Below are positions 1 through 8,865 of a stretch of DNA of 18,559 nucleotides, in pieces. A model generated the notes under the pieces. The model made no database searches. It was given only the letters and a program-made list of their open reading frames with translations, and was not told where the DNA came from. How positions within the stretch are numbered: position 1 is the stretch's first letter; every line of letters starts with the position of its first letter. The stretch spans positions 1 to 18,559 of the forward strand of contig JAVVGN010000038.1 of assembly GCA_032249095.1 (NCBI GenBank). The letters run 5' to 3'. Position numbers and translations under genes: made by a program. This DNA is from Candidatus Caldarchaeales archaeon. GTDB lineage: Archaea; Thermoproteota; Nitrososphaeria_A; Caldarchaeales; Calditenuaceae.

Positions 1-118
1 GGGCACCAGACGGAGAGGGGAAAATCGAACCATAGGAATTAGGCCACAAGGCACACGGAACCATACCAATATAGTTGGACTTGTGGGGCAACGATAAATA
101 CCATTATACGGATACCCA
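1..118 (-). repeat. Dispersed repeat family, copy 3 (inverted orientation, runs off the left edge)
   Basis: The reverse complement of 105-118 is TGGGTATCCGTATA, the same 14-mer that opens the repeat cores at 10536 and 12697. Further in, the reverse complement reads CTATATTGGTATGGTTCCGTGTG, colinear with 10602-10623 and 12763-12784. Positions 34-56 match 18308-18330 at 22/23 in inverted orientation. Confidence 0.6.
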
Positions 119-140
119 GCGCATTAGGATCCTCAAGAGA

Positions 141-653
141 CTAGAGGCTTTTAGCTTTCTGGCGTGGGGCTGGGGCGGCCCTCCTTATCTCGCTGGCGAC
201 TCGTCTACAAGCCTGGCGGACCTGGGGCGTCATCTGGGAGCCCGGCTCGAAGCAGTCTCCCTCTATCCCATAGATCGTGATCTTGGGGGGGAGCATGCCT
301 AGGGCCTCGGCGAGCTCTAGGACCTCGTATAGGGGCATCGTGTGGGAGGACCTCCAGCCCCCCTGAGCGGAGAGTCTTCGACGATCCCTAATCCTATGGA
401 TCCTGCCTACCTTCGTGACGCGTTCCACTGCGTCCACTATTATCAGCTCCTCCTGCGGCGTGATGATCGCGTGGAGCGCCTCGGCGGCCGAGTGCGCCTT
501 GACTACGCGTATGTTGGGTGTTCCAGTGAGTAGATCCGCGACTAGGTGGCCGGCTCCGTCGTCTCCTCTCGCCGGGTTGCCTAGGCAGACGACCGTTACT
601 CCCCGCTCCCTGTTACTCCTCCTCAATCTCCAGCCTGAGGAAGTGGGTTGCAC
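141..653 (-). CDS. [NiFe]-hydrogenase maturation endopeptidase (HycI/HybD/HoxW family)
   Basis: It carries the motifs [18 protein letters not shown] (GNxxxxDDGxG), IIVDAV and SSHTMPL (metal-ligand Asp/His positions). It is the last gene of the hydrogenase operon. The longest ORF starts at GTG 653 and overlaps the large-subunit stop. An in-frame TTG at 626 is an alternative start. Confidence 0.85.
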   Translation of the reverse strand: MQPTSSGWRLRRSNRERGVTVVCLGNPARGDDGAGHLVADLLTGTPNIRVVKAHSAAEALHAIITPQEELIIVDAVERVTKVGRIHRIRDRRRLSAQGGWRSSHTMPLYEVLELAEALGMLPPKITIYGIEGDCFEPGSQMTPQVRQACRRVASEIRRAAPAPRQKAKSL

Positions 654-1908
654 AGGAGATGCAGGGGTCGTAGTTCCTTATGGCCTGCTCGAACCTCCAG
701 GTAGCCCGCTCCCTTGGGAGCCGGATGAGCTGCGGGGCGATGGCCCTGAGGTCCTCCTCAATCCTCTTCTGGTTCTGCGCCGTGGGGGGCACTATTTTGG
801 CTGACAGTACTTTACCATCGTCAGAGACATCGTACCTGTGGTATAGTATGCCTCTCGGAGCCTCGGTGCAGCCGGACCCCCTGCCGGCCCTCACCTTGAA
901 CTCCACCCTCGGCCTCTCCGGCTCCCTATACTCGTCTATAATCCTTAGGGCCTCCTCAAAGGCGTAGAGCGTCTCTGCAACCCTAGCGATTATGCTCTTG
1001 AACGGGTTCTTGCAGGGCGTAGAGAAACCTATGTCGGCCAGCGCCTCGCGGGTCTCGCTTAAGAGCTTATCGCGGTTAAGGTTGATTCGCGAGAGGGGGC
1101 CGACCATGTAGGATCCGCGCCCCTTGATCCTGGAATGTAGCGCGTTTGAGTAGGGCACCTGCTCCTCCTCAAAGTGGTCCTCATACTCTTGAACAGGTAT
1201 GTCGAGCCCTTTGCTGGAGACTATGCGGCCTTCGTTCATCGGGTACTCTCTTGGGTGGCTTAGGGACACGAACTCGTAGTCCTGCTCAAAGCTTGGAAAG
1301 TCCAGCTCTGCGACCCACGAGAGCAAGTCCTTGGTAAGGGCTTTCCCCTCCTTCAGCTGCGGCCTAAACGCCTCTAGCCTCCTCCTATCAGGAACCTTGT
1401 AGAAGCCTCCGACGCATACGGAGACTGGGTGAACCTCCCTGCCGCCCATCAGCGCCACGAGGTCATTCCCGATCTTCTTAACCCGTAGCGCGGTCTTCAC
1501 TATGTCCGGGTGATCCTTAGCCATCCTTATGGCGTCGGCGTATCCGAGGAAGTCGGGGGCGTGGAGCATGAATGCGTGGAGTATGTGACTCTCTATCCAC
1601 TCACCACAGTAGATCAGCCGCCTGAGATCTCTCAACGGCCCCTCGACTCTTACGCCGAATACGCTTTCCAGCGCGTGGACCGAGCTCATCTGGTAGGCGA
1701 CTGGACAGATTCCGCAGATCCGCGCTGTTATGTCGGGAACATCATAATACATCCGGCCCACGAGCAGCGCCTCGAATAGTCTCGGAGGCTCGAAGATCTT
1801 GAACCTGACATCAACCACCTCTCCATCCCGCACCTTCACGTAGAGGGCGCCCTCCCCCTCGACCCTCGCAAGATAATCCACCCTATACTCCTTCTCCCTA
1901 ACCGACAA
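613..1908 (-). CDS. hydA: [NiFe]-hydrogenase large (alpha) subunit, group 3b sulfhydrogenase type
   Basis: 431 aa. The N-terminal region reads ARVEGEG...[10 protein letters not shown] (proximal Cys pair) and the C-terminal motif is DPCISCATH. Size and gene context match Pyrococcus-type hydBGDA sulfhydrogenase. Confidence 0.9.
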   Translation of the reverse strand: MSVREKEYRVDYLARVEGEGALYVKVRDGEVVDVRFKIFEPPRLFEALLVGRMYYDVPDITARICGICPVAYQMSSVHALESVFGVRVEGPLRDLRRLIYCGEWIESHILHAFMLHAPDFLGYADAIRMAKDHPDIVKTALRVKKIGNDLVALMGGREVHPVSVCVGGFYKVPDRRRLEAFRPQLKEGKALTKDLLSWVAELDFPSFEQDYEFVSLSHPREYPMNEGRIVSSKGLDIPVQEYEDHFEEEQVPYSNALHSRIKGRGSYMVGPLSRINLNRDKLLSETREALADIGFSTPCKNPFKSIIARVAETLYAFEEALRIIDEYREPERPRVEFKVRAGRGSGCTEAPRGILYHRYDVSDDGKVLSAKIVPPTAQNQKRIEEDLRAIAPQLIRLPRERATWRFEQAIRNYDPCISCATHFLRLEIEEE

Positions 1909-2674
1909 GGCTCTCCTCCACCTCCCTGAAGCCGGGGGCCCAGGCGTTAAACATTCTAAACATGTTGACAGCCTCCTCTCTCCTCACACCTAGATTTATG
2001 AAGCGTTTGACGAGTGAAGACGTGTTGGGACTCTCCTTTGGACCATAACAACCGTAGCATCCGCGCCCGTATGCCGGGCAGATTGCTCCACAGCCCGCCT
2101 GTGTTACTGGGCCGAGGCATGGAGCCCCCTGGCTAACCATTATGCAGACGGTCCCGTTGAGCTTGCATTGAACGCATACGCTGTAGTTAGGTATGATGGG
2201 GGCGCGGCCTGCTAGGAGCGCTGACATGACCTCGAGGAGCTGGTACTTGTTGATCGGGCATCCTCGCAGCTCAAAGTCCACCTTGACGTGCTCGGAGATT
2301 GGTGTGGACTTGTCGAGCGTCTCTATGTACTCGGGCGAGGCGTAGACATATTTCATGAACTCCGCAGACCCTTTCCAGTTCCTCAGGGCCTGGATTCCTC
2401 CGGCGGTGGCGCAGGCGCCTATGGTTATCAGGTTTTTACACTGCGCCCTTATCTCTCTAATCAGCTCCGCCTCGTGGGGGGTTGTGATGCTTCCCTCCAC
2501 GAGGCCGATGTCGTAGGGGCCCCTTACCACGGCCCGGGACACCTCGAGGAAGTATGCTATCTCGAACCTCTCGCCTATTGCTAGAAGCTCCTCCTCAAGG
2601 TCCAGTATGCTTAGCTGGCACCCGTCGCAGGATGCGAACTTGAAGACAGCTATCTTCGGCTTGAGCTCCGTCAT
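1898..2674 (-). CDS. hydD: [NiFe]-hydrogenase small (delta) subunit, group 3b
   Basis: 258 aa. The N-terminal part has [10 protein letters not shown] and GACATAGG (proximal FeS cluster ligands). The C-terminal tail is Cys-rich (CVQCK...[15 protein letters not shown]...CYGCYGP). It overlaps alpha by 11 nt and shares one nt with the gamma stop (TGATG). Confidence 0.85.
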   Translation of the reverse strand: MTELKPKIAVFKFASCDGCQLSILDLEEELLAIGERFEIAYFLEVSRAVVRGPYDIGLVEGSITTPHEAELIREIRAQCKNLITIGACATAGGIQALRNWKGSAEFMKYVYASPEYIETLDKSTPISEHVKVDFELRGCPINKYQLLEVMSALLAGRAPIIPNYSVCVQCKLNGTVCIMVSQGAPCLGPVTQAGCGAICPAYGRGCYGCYGPKESPNTSSLVKRFINLGVRREEAVNMFRMFNAWAPGFREVEESLVG

Positions 2675-3528
2675 CAGACCTCCCTCCTACCAAAGAAGCT
2701 CCCTACCTCGCTGAACCTGAAGACGGGTCCGTCCTTACAGACGAAGTAGGGTCCGAACTGGCAGTGCCCGCAGAGCCCGACCCCACACTTCATGTTCCTC
2801 TCCATCGAGATGAAGATCTGGTCCTCAGGTAGGCCCTGGTTCTTGAGCTCCGCTACGGCGAACTTCATCATTATCTCGGGTCCGCAGACCAGTGCTATCG
2901 TGTTAGCTGGGTCGAGCCTGATGTGTTTGAAGAGAGTCGTCACGACGCCGATGTATCCCCTCCACCTCTCGTCTCCCTTATCGACAGTTACGAGGAACTG
3001 TGTGTCCAGCCGGCCCCTCCATTTCTCGATCTCGTGTTTGTAGAGGAGGTCTGGTGGGGTTCGGGCACCGTACAGGACGTAGAACTTTCCATACTTCTCT
3101 CGATTCTGCGTTATATGGTATATGGCTGGACGGAGGGGGGCCAGACCAATCCCACCCGCAACGATCGCGACGTCCTTGCCCTCGGCCTCCTCAAGCGGCC
3201 AGCCCCGCCCGTAGGGTCCTCGGTACCCGATCAGCTCCCTCCGCCACTTACCCGCTAGAGCGCGCGTGACGGTGCCGACCGCCCTCACCGTGTGCTCTAT
3301 ATGGCGCCTGTCGGCCGGGTCGCTGCTGATAGATATGGGGACCTCTCCCACCCCGTATGCGTATAGCATGCTGAACTGGCCCGGCTTGAAGGTGGGGGGC
3401 TGGCCGTTTAGCGGTCTCATCCGGATCGTCATGGTGTCGGGCGTCTCGCGCGTCTTGGCGAAGACCCTGTACCAGCTTATGGTGAAGGGGTCGAGGATGG
3501 CTTCGGCCCGGGCTAGCTGTTGGACCAT
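2674..3528 (-). CDS. hydG: Sulfhydrogenase gamma subunit (AsrB-like FAD/NAD(P)-binding oxidoreductase with 2Fe-2S)
   Basis: 284 aa. It has a ferredoxin-reductase-like fold signature (RxYS-like [14 protein letters not shown] nucleotide loop) and a C-terminal [10 protein letters not shown]...C cluster motif. Position and length match the Pyrococcus gamma subunit. Confidence 0.85.
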   Translation of the reverse strand: MVQQLARAEAILDPFTISWYRVFAKTRETPDTMTIRMRPLNGQPPTFKPGQFSMLYAYGVGEVPISISSDPADRRHIEHTVRAVGTVTRALAGKWRRELIGYRGPYGRGWPLEEAEGKDVAIVAGGIGLAPLRPAIYHITQNREKYGKFYVLYGARTPPDLLYKHEIEKWRGRLDTQFLVTVDKGDERWRGYIGVVTTLFKHIRLDPANTIALVCGPEIMMKFAVAELKNQGLPEDQIFISMERNMKCGVGLCGHCQFGPYFVCKDGPVFRFSEVGSFFGRREV

Positions 3529-4002
3529 CTATCCGCCACCCCCATAGATGTCGATAAGCCTCATCCGCGCCGCCCTGAGCCTATCGGCCACGATTCTCAC
3601 CACCTTCTGATAGACTTTGTAGCCGAACTGGGTGTCCTCCTCCATCATCCTCATAAGCTTCTCGCTGTCTAGTGAAAGGGCTAGAGTATTCTCCACCGCC
3701 ACCGCCCCGGACGCTTTCTTGTAGGGCTCGACGAGCGAGGACCAGCCCAGCACCTCACCAGAAGAGACCGTCTCGTATCTGAACTCGCCTTTTCCTGGGA
3801 TGTAGAAGTAGAGTGCGACCCTACCATAGACTATTAGGTAGAGTCGCCTGTGGATCTCGCCCTCCTCGAAGATCCTCTGGCCCGCGGTGAATCTCACCAC
3901 TTTGGCGATCTTTGCTAGCTCGCCGGCCTTTTCCTCCGGGAAATCTCTAGTGAATGGGTGGTCTCTTAGAAGGGTTAGTATGTCGATTTGCTGCTCCATC
4001 AT
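3529..4002 (-). CDS. Stand-alone cyclic-nucleotide-binding-domain (CAP effector-domain-like) protein, no DNA-binding domain
   Basis: The sequence FTAGQRIFEEGEIHRRLYLIVYGRVALYF...GEVLGWSSLV...AVAVENTLALSLD fits the cNMP-binding beta-barrel pattern. I chose the start at ATG 4002 because it forms an ATGA overlap with the hydB stop (3999-4001). The 199-aa track ORF would overlap hydB by 130 nt. The stop at 3529-3531 directly abuts the hydG ATG at 3528. Confidence 0.7.
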   Translation of the reverse strand: MMEQQIDILTLLRDHPFTRDFPEEKAGELAKIAKVVRFTAGQRIFEEGEIHRRLYLIVYGRVALYFYIPGKGEFRYETVSSGEVLGWSSLVEPYKKASGAVAVENTLALSLDSEKLMRMMEEDTQFGYKVYQKVVRIVADRLRAARMRLIDIYGGGG

Positions 4003-5138
4003 CTCCCACCTCCCTCCACGCTCGCCCTCACTCTCTCGGCCTCCACCGTTATGTCGATTCCAACGGGGCACCAGGTTATGCATCGGCCGCACCCCACACA
4101 TCCGAGGACCCCGAACTGGTCTATCCATGCCGCGAGCTTATGAGTCAGCCACTGCCTATACCTGCTGAGCACGCTCGCTCTGATAGAGCCGCCGTGTATG
4201 TAGGAGAATTCTTGGGTGAAGCAGGAGTCCCATCTCCTCCACCTCTCGGCGCCCTCCTCCGTAAGGCGCGTGACCTCCTCAACGTTCGTGCAGAAACATG
4301 TGGGGCAGACCAATGTGCAGTTGGAGCAGGCTAGGCATCTCTCGGCGACAGCCTTCCAGGCCTCGCTCTCGAGGCCCCTGTAGAGCGCCTCCTTCAGGCC
4401 CGAAACCTCTAGCCTCTTCACGAACCTCCCGAGCCCCTGTCCAAGGAGCCTCTCCGCCTTCTCAACCTCCTCGGCCGTGGCATCCCTCGCACCAATCCTC
4501 TCGAGGAGTCTCAGCCCCGCCTCGCTCCCGACTCTCGCCACGAAGTAGTGCTGCTCATCGAGGAGGACCTCGGTCAAGCCGATGTCGAAGCCTGATTTAG
4601 CGGCGGGACCTGTGCCGACGGATGCGCAGAAGCAGTTGGCGCCCGGCTCGTAACAGTCCACGGCGACTATGAGGACAGAGCGACGCTTCGATAGGTATAC
4701 CCGGTCCACATAGGGCCCCTGTAGTAGCACTCTGTCCAGCACAGCTATGGCCGACAGGTCGCAGCTCCTCACACCTATGAAGGCCATCTTCTCGTGGCCG
4801 TTTTGATATGGCGTGACCTTCCCATCCTTCCCGATGGATAGTAGCCTCACCCGCGGCGGGTAGAGAAACTTTTTCCACGAATGCGGCCCAACGACGTAGC
4901 CGAAGTAGGCGTCGTCACCCCTCCGCTCGACCCTGTAGGAGCCCGGGGCCTGGAGGTCCCTCAGCCCGACAGGAAGATCTGCCGCCGATCCGATCTCGTC
5001 GTAGATTATCGCGCCGTCCCTATGGACGGGCCCGATGACCACGTATCCGTTGGCCCTCAGCTCCGAGATGAGCCGGTCTAGATCTGACGTAGATAGGAAC
5101 CATCGTTGGTCCCCACAGGTAGAGGATCGCGCCCCCAT
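3999..5138 (-). CDS. hydB: Sulfhydrogenase beta subunit (AsrA-like 4Fe-4S dicluster protein)
   Basis: 379 aa. It has two ferredoxin-type motifs, CLACSNCTLVCPTCFC and CVGCGRCITWCP. It is the first gene of the operon. Size and order match the Pyrococcus hydB. Confidence 0.85.
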   Translation of the reverse strand: MGARSSTCGDQRWFLSTSDLDRLISELRANGYVVIGPVHRDGAIIYDEIGSAADLPVGLRDLQAPGSYRVERRGDDAYFGYVVGPHSWKKFLYPPRVRLLSIGKDGKVTPYQNGHEKMAFIGVRSCDLSAIAVLDRVLLQGPYVDRVYLSKRRSVLIVAVDCYEPGANCFCASVGTGPAAKSGFDIGLTEVLLDEQHYFVARVGSEAGLRLLERIGARDATAEEVEKAERLLGQGLGRFVKRLEVSGLKEALYRGLESEAWKAVAERCLACSNCTLVCPTCFCTNVEEVTRLTEEGAERWRRWDSCFTQEFSYIHGGSIRASVLSRYRQWLTHKLAAWIDQFGVLGCVGCGRCITWCPVGIDITVEAERVRASVEGGGR

Positions 5139-5161
5139 CCGCGCCGACTTGCGCGCTATTT

Positions 5162-5169
5162 TATTTAAA
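5162..5169 (-). promoter_or_regulatory. TATA box of the sulfhydrogenase operon (leaderless transcript)
   Basis: The minus strand reads TTTAAATA inside the only AT-rich spacer upstream of hydB. Its centre lies about 27 nt upstream of the hydB ATG (5138), the usual archaeal TATA-to-start spacing. Confidence 0.5.
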
Positions 5170-5227
5170 TATTGATAATTTGAATACTAGGAGTGTACTT
5201 TACTGCACATATGTATATGCATGGGGT

Positions 5228-6010
5228 TCATACCGCCAGCCCAGCCCTTAGGAGGGCCTGCCTCAGCCCTCCGGAGAACCTCGTATTGAGCAGCCGGCCC
5301 GCCCCAGCCCTCCCAACCAAGCCCTCTAGCTCTCGGTCATATGGGATTTGGCCGAGGAATCGAGCCCCCAACTCACCTGCTACCACCTCCACGTCGCTTC
5401 GAGCCCCAGCCACAGCCATGTTCTCCACTACTCCGAGTACCTCGATCCCGAGGCCCCTAAGAATCTCTATGGAGCGTCTAGAGGCTGAGAGGGAGAGGGG
5501 AGAGGCTGTTGTGACGATCAGGGCGCCCCTCCGGCCTCGGAGGTACCTGGCCGCGGAGAGGAGCTCGTCACCAGTCCCAGGGGGAAGGTCTACGACTAGG
5601 TAGTCGAGTGGGCCGAACGTCGTGAGCGCCACGACCTCCTTCACCACCTCCTCCTTCGCTGAGCCCGAGAGGGGTAGGGGCCTCCCCCGAACAAGGAGAT
5701 CGATCGACATTACACTCACCCCTTCAATCCGCGGCGGGACTATCCCATCGCTGGTCTCAGCCGGAGCGTCTGAGACGCCGAGGATCGCGAGGGAGGAGGG
5801 CCCGTGGAGGTCTAGGTCGAGGAGTCCGGCCCTGTGCCCGGAGCGTGCGAGGAGGAGCGACGTGACGGCTGCCACGAGGCTCTTGCCGACGCCCCCCTTA
5901 CCGCCGCCGACCAGAAGTATGTAGGATATCTCACGGAGCCTACGGCCCACCAGCTCGTCCCTATAGTCTATCAAAGACTCACCACCACTACTCGGCCCCC
6001 TGCACCACAA
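5228..6010 (-). CDS. Mrp/MinD-family P-loop ATPase, probable Mrp/MinD-type HypB (nickel insertion partner of HypA)
   Basis: It has the deviant Walker A GGGKGGVGKS and a Walker B-like YLVVDLPPGTGD. It lies immediately downstream of hypA and overlaps it. The longest ORF starts at TTG 6010, and an in-frame GTG at 5950 is an alternative start. Confidence 0.75.
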   Translation of the reverse strand: MWCRGPSSGGESLIDYRDELVGRRLREISYILLVGGGKGGVGKSLVAAVTSLLLARSGHRAGLLDLDLHGPSSLAILGVSDAPAETSDGIVPPRIEGVSVMSIDLLVRGRPLPLSGSAKEEVVKEVVALTTFGPLDYLVVDLPPGTGDELLSAARYLRGRRGALIVTTASPLSLSASRRSIEILRGLGIEVLGVVENMAVAGARSDVEVVAGELGARFLGQIPYDRELEGLVGRAGAGRLLNTRFSGGLRQALLRAGLAV

Positions 6011-6398
6011 CGTCCACTATCTTTACACCACGGCCCGCGACTACGCGGAGATCCGGGGCGCCGCACCTGCGGCACCTAGCAAAAGACGATACCAGCTCGG
6101 GGACAAAGTGTATAGACTCCCTCTCATCATCCTTCAGCCTCCCAACCGCCTCGGCGAAAGACATCTCGGTGCCACAGGAGTCGCAGCGAATCACCGCCCG
6201 CTCAACCTCCACAGAGATCGAGGCGCCCGAGAGGGGGCTATCCCTAGACAGCTCGCCGAGCAGCTCCCTAAGCATCCCAACGTCGAGCATGCTGAGCTCG
6301 CCTACTAAAACCCTAAAACTCTTCACATGCCCACCAAGAGAGCCAGCCAGCTTCGCAACAGACCCTACAATCCCCGATGCAACAACATACTCATGCAT
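5988..6398 (-). CDS. hypA: Hydrogenase nickel incorporation protein HypA
   Basis: 136 aa. It has the N-terminal MHE nickel-binding motif (MHEYVV) and two CxxC zinc pairs (CDSCG, CRRCG). Confidence 0.9.
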   Translation of the reverse strand: MHEYVVASGIVGSVAKLAGSLGGHVKSFRVLVGELSMLDVGMLRELLGELSRDSPLSGASISVEVERAVIRCDSCGTEMSFAEAVGRLKDDERESIHFVPELVSSFARCRRCGAPDLRVVAGRGVKIVDVVVQGAE

Positions 6399-6433
6399 AA
6401 AAGCTCACCAGCCCCATAAAAAAGTCACTTGAA

Positions 6434-7324
6434 CTAAGACCCAACCTCAAAGACAACTTCGTCCGGATCAACGCCAAACTCTCTCAAAAGATAAAGCACC
6501 ATACGTTTAATATCCCTTGCGCTAAAATGTGTCTCGACGTACAAACCTGAGACACTTTTAGGCTGCCGAAAATCGGACCCCGTCGGATGTTTAGGCCTAG
6601 TGTTAACTAAGTAGCGCTTGGTTGAGCGCGGAGTTTTGAGGGGGAGATGCTTCTCGGTCAGCCTCCCAGTCTTCATCAGCCACTCCACCACGGAAGCTAG
6701 CAAATCATTCCAATTTTTTATAGAATATCTCTGCTGATCAGGGAAGATGACGCTGAAGGGCGGCTTGACCTTTGCAGGCATCATATTAGCGAGCGTTAGA
6801 TGCGGCGAAGGTTGCCTCGGCGGTGTTGGGGGCGGCACTGGTCTTGGTGCCTCCACCCGCTCTCCAACACCTCTAGCGATTACGAACGATTTTCTTAACA
6901 CCTCAACCGGAGGGTCTTTGAGAATGTCCCAACGCGCCACCAGCTTCTCATGTAGTGGCTTAGGCGCATGCGTATTGTATACCTCCCACGTTTCACCATC
7001 AGTCGCTATGAAGTAGCCCACCCCCTCGCTGACGCAATATGAGATGTGTTGCGTGAGGTCCTCCGGCTTTCCAAGAGCCTTCACACCTACAAAGGCCATA
7101 GGCCTCCCTTCTGGGCCAAGCACGTCGTAGTCGGGTTTCCCGCTCTGCGTCGAAAATTCTGGCCTCACCTGCCCTGGGTCCTCCGTATCCCAGCCCCAGA
7201 TCCTCAGGAAAGGCTCGACGAGTGAGGCCCTGACCGCTGCCTCACTCTTCTTAAAAACGTCCTGATGCCTCCTCAACCTCTCAGCCAGCACATCCACGCG
7301 CCTAGCAAGCTCATCAATAGACAC
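6434..7324 (-). CDS. Hypothetical protein with an N-terminal HsdR_N-like PD-(D/E)XK nuclease-fold domain, a Pro-rich linker and an uncharacterised C-terminal domain
   Basis: The N-terminal half fits the HsdR_N pattern SEAAVRASLVEPFLRIWGW...KPDYDVL...MAFVGVKALG...YFIATDGETWEVY. The usual ExK reads GVK here. A PPPTPPRQPSP linker separates it from a roughly 110-aa C-terminal domain I cannot assign. The start is GTG. Confidence 0.5.
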   Translation of the reverse strand: MSIDELARRVDVLAERLRRHQDVFKKSEAAVRASLVEPFLRIWGWDTEDPGQVRPEFSTQSGKPDYDVLGPEGRPMAFVGVKALGKPEDLTQHISYCVSEGVGYFIATDGETWEVYNTHAPKPLHEKLVARWDILKDPPVEVLRKSFVIARGVGERVEAPRPVPPPTPPRQPSPHLTLANMMPAKVKPPFSVIFPDQQRYSIKNWNDLLASVVEWLMKTGRLTEKHLPLKTPRSTKRYLVNTRPKHPTGSDFRQPKSVSGLYVETHFSARDIKRMVLYLLREFGVDPDEVVFEVGS

Positions 7325-7590
7325 GTGTTAAATAACAACTTAAACCGTTATATCTCTTTTATGGAAGGCAAAGTGCGTCTTCGTATGTCTCTATTTTCCT
7401 CAAGACTTGATGCCAGAACTCGCCACCGTCGTAACGCCCCTACAGACGGCCGAACCCTCCACTTATAAGTAGACTGGCCGACCATATCCCGGGACTCCTC
7501 TAGTTTCGTGTCTGGCCATCAAGTTGGCGGGCATAGTATAGTGAGGTAGAAGACACGGTCTCCCCCATGGGTGGATTTATGGACCTCTGC

Positions 7591-8865
7591 TTAGGTCTCA
7601 TCTTTTTGGGGGTTGTATCGTGCGAAGATTGCTATGAGGCTCTCCTTGCTGAACCCTTTCCTGAGCAGCTCGGCCTCGATCTCGTTTACGAATTCGCGGC
7701 CTAATCCACGCGGCAGGGACACGAGCTCGTCGACTAGGTCTAGGGGGATCGGTAGGCCTGTTCCGGGGCTTGCCGTTGAGAGGACGTAGGACAAGATCAG
7801 GTTCCTCAGCTCCTCAGACATCGTGGACGAAAACTCGACGCATACCGGCGGGATGTCGTCAACAGTCTTTACGAAAACTCTCTTCGTGCTCCGCGCAGCT
7901 TTGACAACTTCTTTTCCGACGTATGATTTCTGTCTGCCTCTCCTACTACCGTGGGGGGTAAGGTCCGCTACGAGCTGCACCTCAACCCTCCTTACCGCCT
8001 CCTCAAGGATTTCGCTGGGAGGCCTTTTACGCCAAGACTTTTCCCTCGATATGCCCCTATACCACGTCAGCGCGTCGAACCGCATATCGGGCCCGAAGAT
8101 CTCGTCGTAGTCGAAGACCTCGCCGCGTTTCATGAGTAGGCTGAGGATGGACCTGTCGCTCAAGACTATACCTTTCTGTGCGCCGTACCGATAACATATG
8201 TATCCGTCTATGGCCATTGTTGCGACACGCTTTATCACTCCAAAGACCTTCCCGCTCTCGATAAGCCTGATCGTTAGCTCGTTAATCTTGGAAATCAAGT
8301 CATATACCGTCCTGAAGGTGTTGCCCGTCAGATTATCCCTCCAGCCAAGCTCTTCCCGCTTAACCATGCTGCACCCGGTCCTGTAGCCGAAGAAGCTGCC
8401 GTCAACCATGAGCAGGTCCACTTCGCCCAGCAAGCTGTTGGCGGTGTACCGCTCGTAATAGGTCGTCAAAAGATCCAATATTTTGAGGAATGACTCCCTC
8501 TGCATGCCAATGCTGCCGGAGACCCGGTCACCGTAGAACCACTCCCCACCATCTATTGGGTCAAGCCCCCTGAAGAGCTTGTAAGCCACAGAGTAAAGCC
8601 CGTACCTAAGCCCTATACGCTCGTTTATAGCCGGCAGGTCAGATCCATCCACAACGCCGATCCTCAAATCTTTCCAGGCGTCGTTCCCCTCAACCCTCTT
8701 AATCCCGACCCTGATTACACTGGATAACTCCCCGACGTTTGAGGACAACTCAGCTATCTGCTGGGCTAAGATCTGTGCTTCCTCCTCGGCGGCCGCATAA
8801 AACCTCTCCTGCAGTGGCCGCGGTATTCTTAGAAAGTCCGGGATCGCGCTACCTTTTACCGACAA
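7591..8865 (-). CDS. NurA-domain nuclease-like protein
   Basis: 424 aa with two DGS motifs typical of NurA (RIGVVDGSD and LLMVDGSFFGY). It overlaps the upstream HerA-like gene by 17 nt. Confidence 0.7.
   Translation of the reverse strand: MSVKGSAIPDFLRIPRPLQERFYAAAEEEAQILAQQIAELSSNVGELSSVIRVGIKRVEGNDAWKDLRIGVVDGSDLPAINERIGLRYGLYSVAYKLFRGLDPIDGGEWFYGDRVSGSIGMQRESFLKILDLLTTYYERYTANSLLGEVDLLMVDGSFFGYRTGCSMVKREELGWRDNLTGNTFRTVYDLISKINELTIRLIESGKVFGVIKRVATMAIDGYICYRYGAQKGIVLSDRSILSLLMKRGEVFDYDEIFGPDMRFDALTWYRGISREKSWRKRPPSEILEEAVRRVEVQLVADLTPHGSRRGRQKSYVGKEVVKAARSTKRVFVKTVDDIPPVCVEFSSTMSEELRNLILSYVLSTASPGTGLPIPLDLVDELVSLPRGLGREFVNEIEAELLRKGFSKESLIAIFARYNPQKDET

Noticed and set aside
1-60. tRNA-like T-arm signature (GGGGAAAATCGAACC) at the left edge
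   Set aside because: The flanking bases do not form a T stem or an acceptor stem on either strand. The segment belongs to the dispersed repeat.
75-967. Plus-strand ORFs 75-302, 342-533, 415-804 and 680-967, and the many similar plus-strand ORFs across 1146-6432
   Set aside because: They lie antisense to well-supported hydrogenase and hyp genes. They have Arg/Pro/Ser/Gly-rich shadow composition typical of GC-rich DNA and show no motifs.
3529-4128. The 199-aa version of the cNMP-binding ORF
   Set aside because: The extra 42 N-terminal residues overlap hydB by about 130 nt and are low-complexity (RGPRMCGVRP...GGGRESEGERGG). The internal ATG at 4002 gives a classic ATGA coupling with the hydB stop.
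6399-6433. TATA-like TTTTTTAT (minus strand, 6416-6423) as the hypA promoter
   Set aside because: It lies only about 18-20 nt from the hypA ATG, which is too close for standard archaeal spacing. hypA may instead be co-transcribed with the upstream gene, so I did not annotate it.
7325-7590. Possible small RNA in the 266-nt spacer (CGTGTCT/AGACACG 7-bp stem, repeated CTGGCC motif)
   Set aside because: It is a single short stem with a 36-nt loop and no recognisable box motifs. This is insufficient to support a call.
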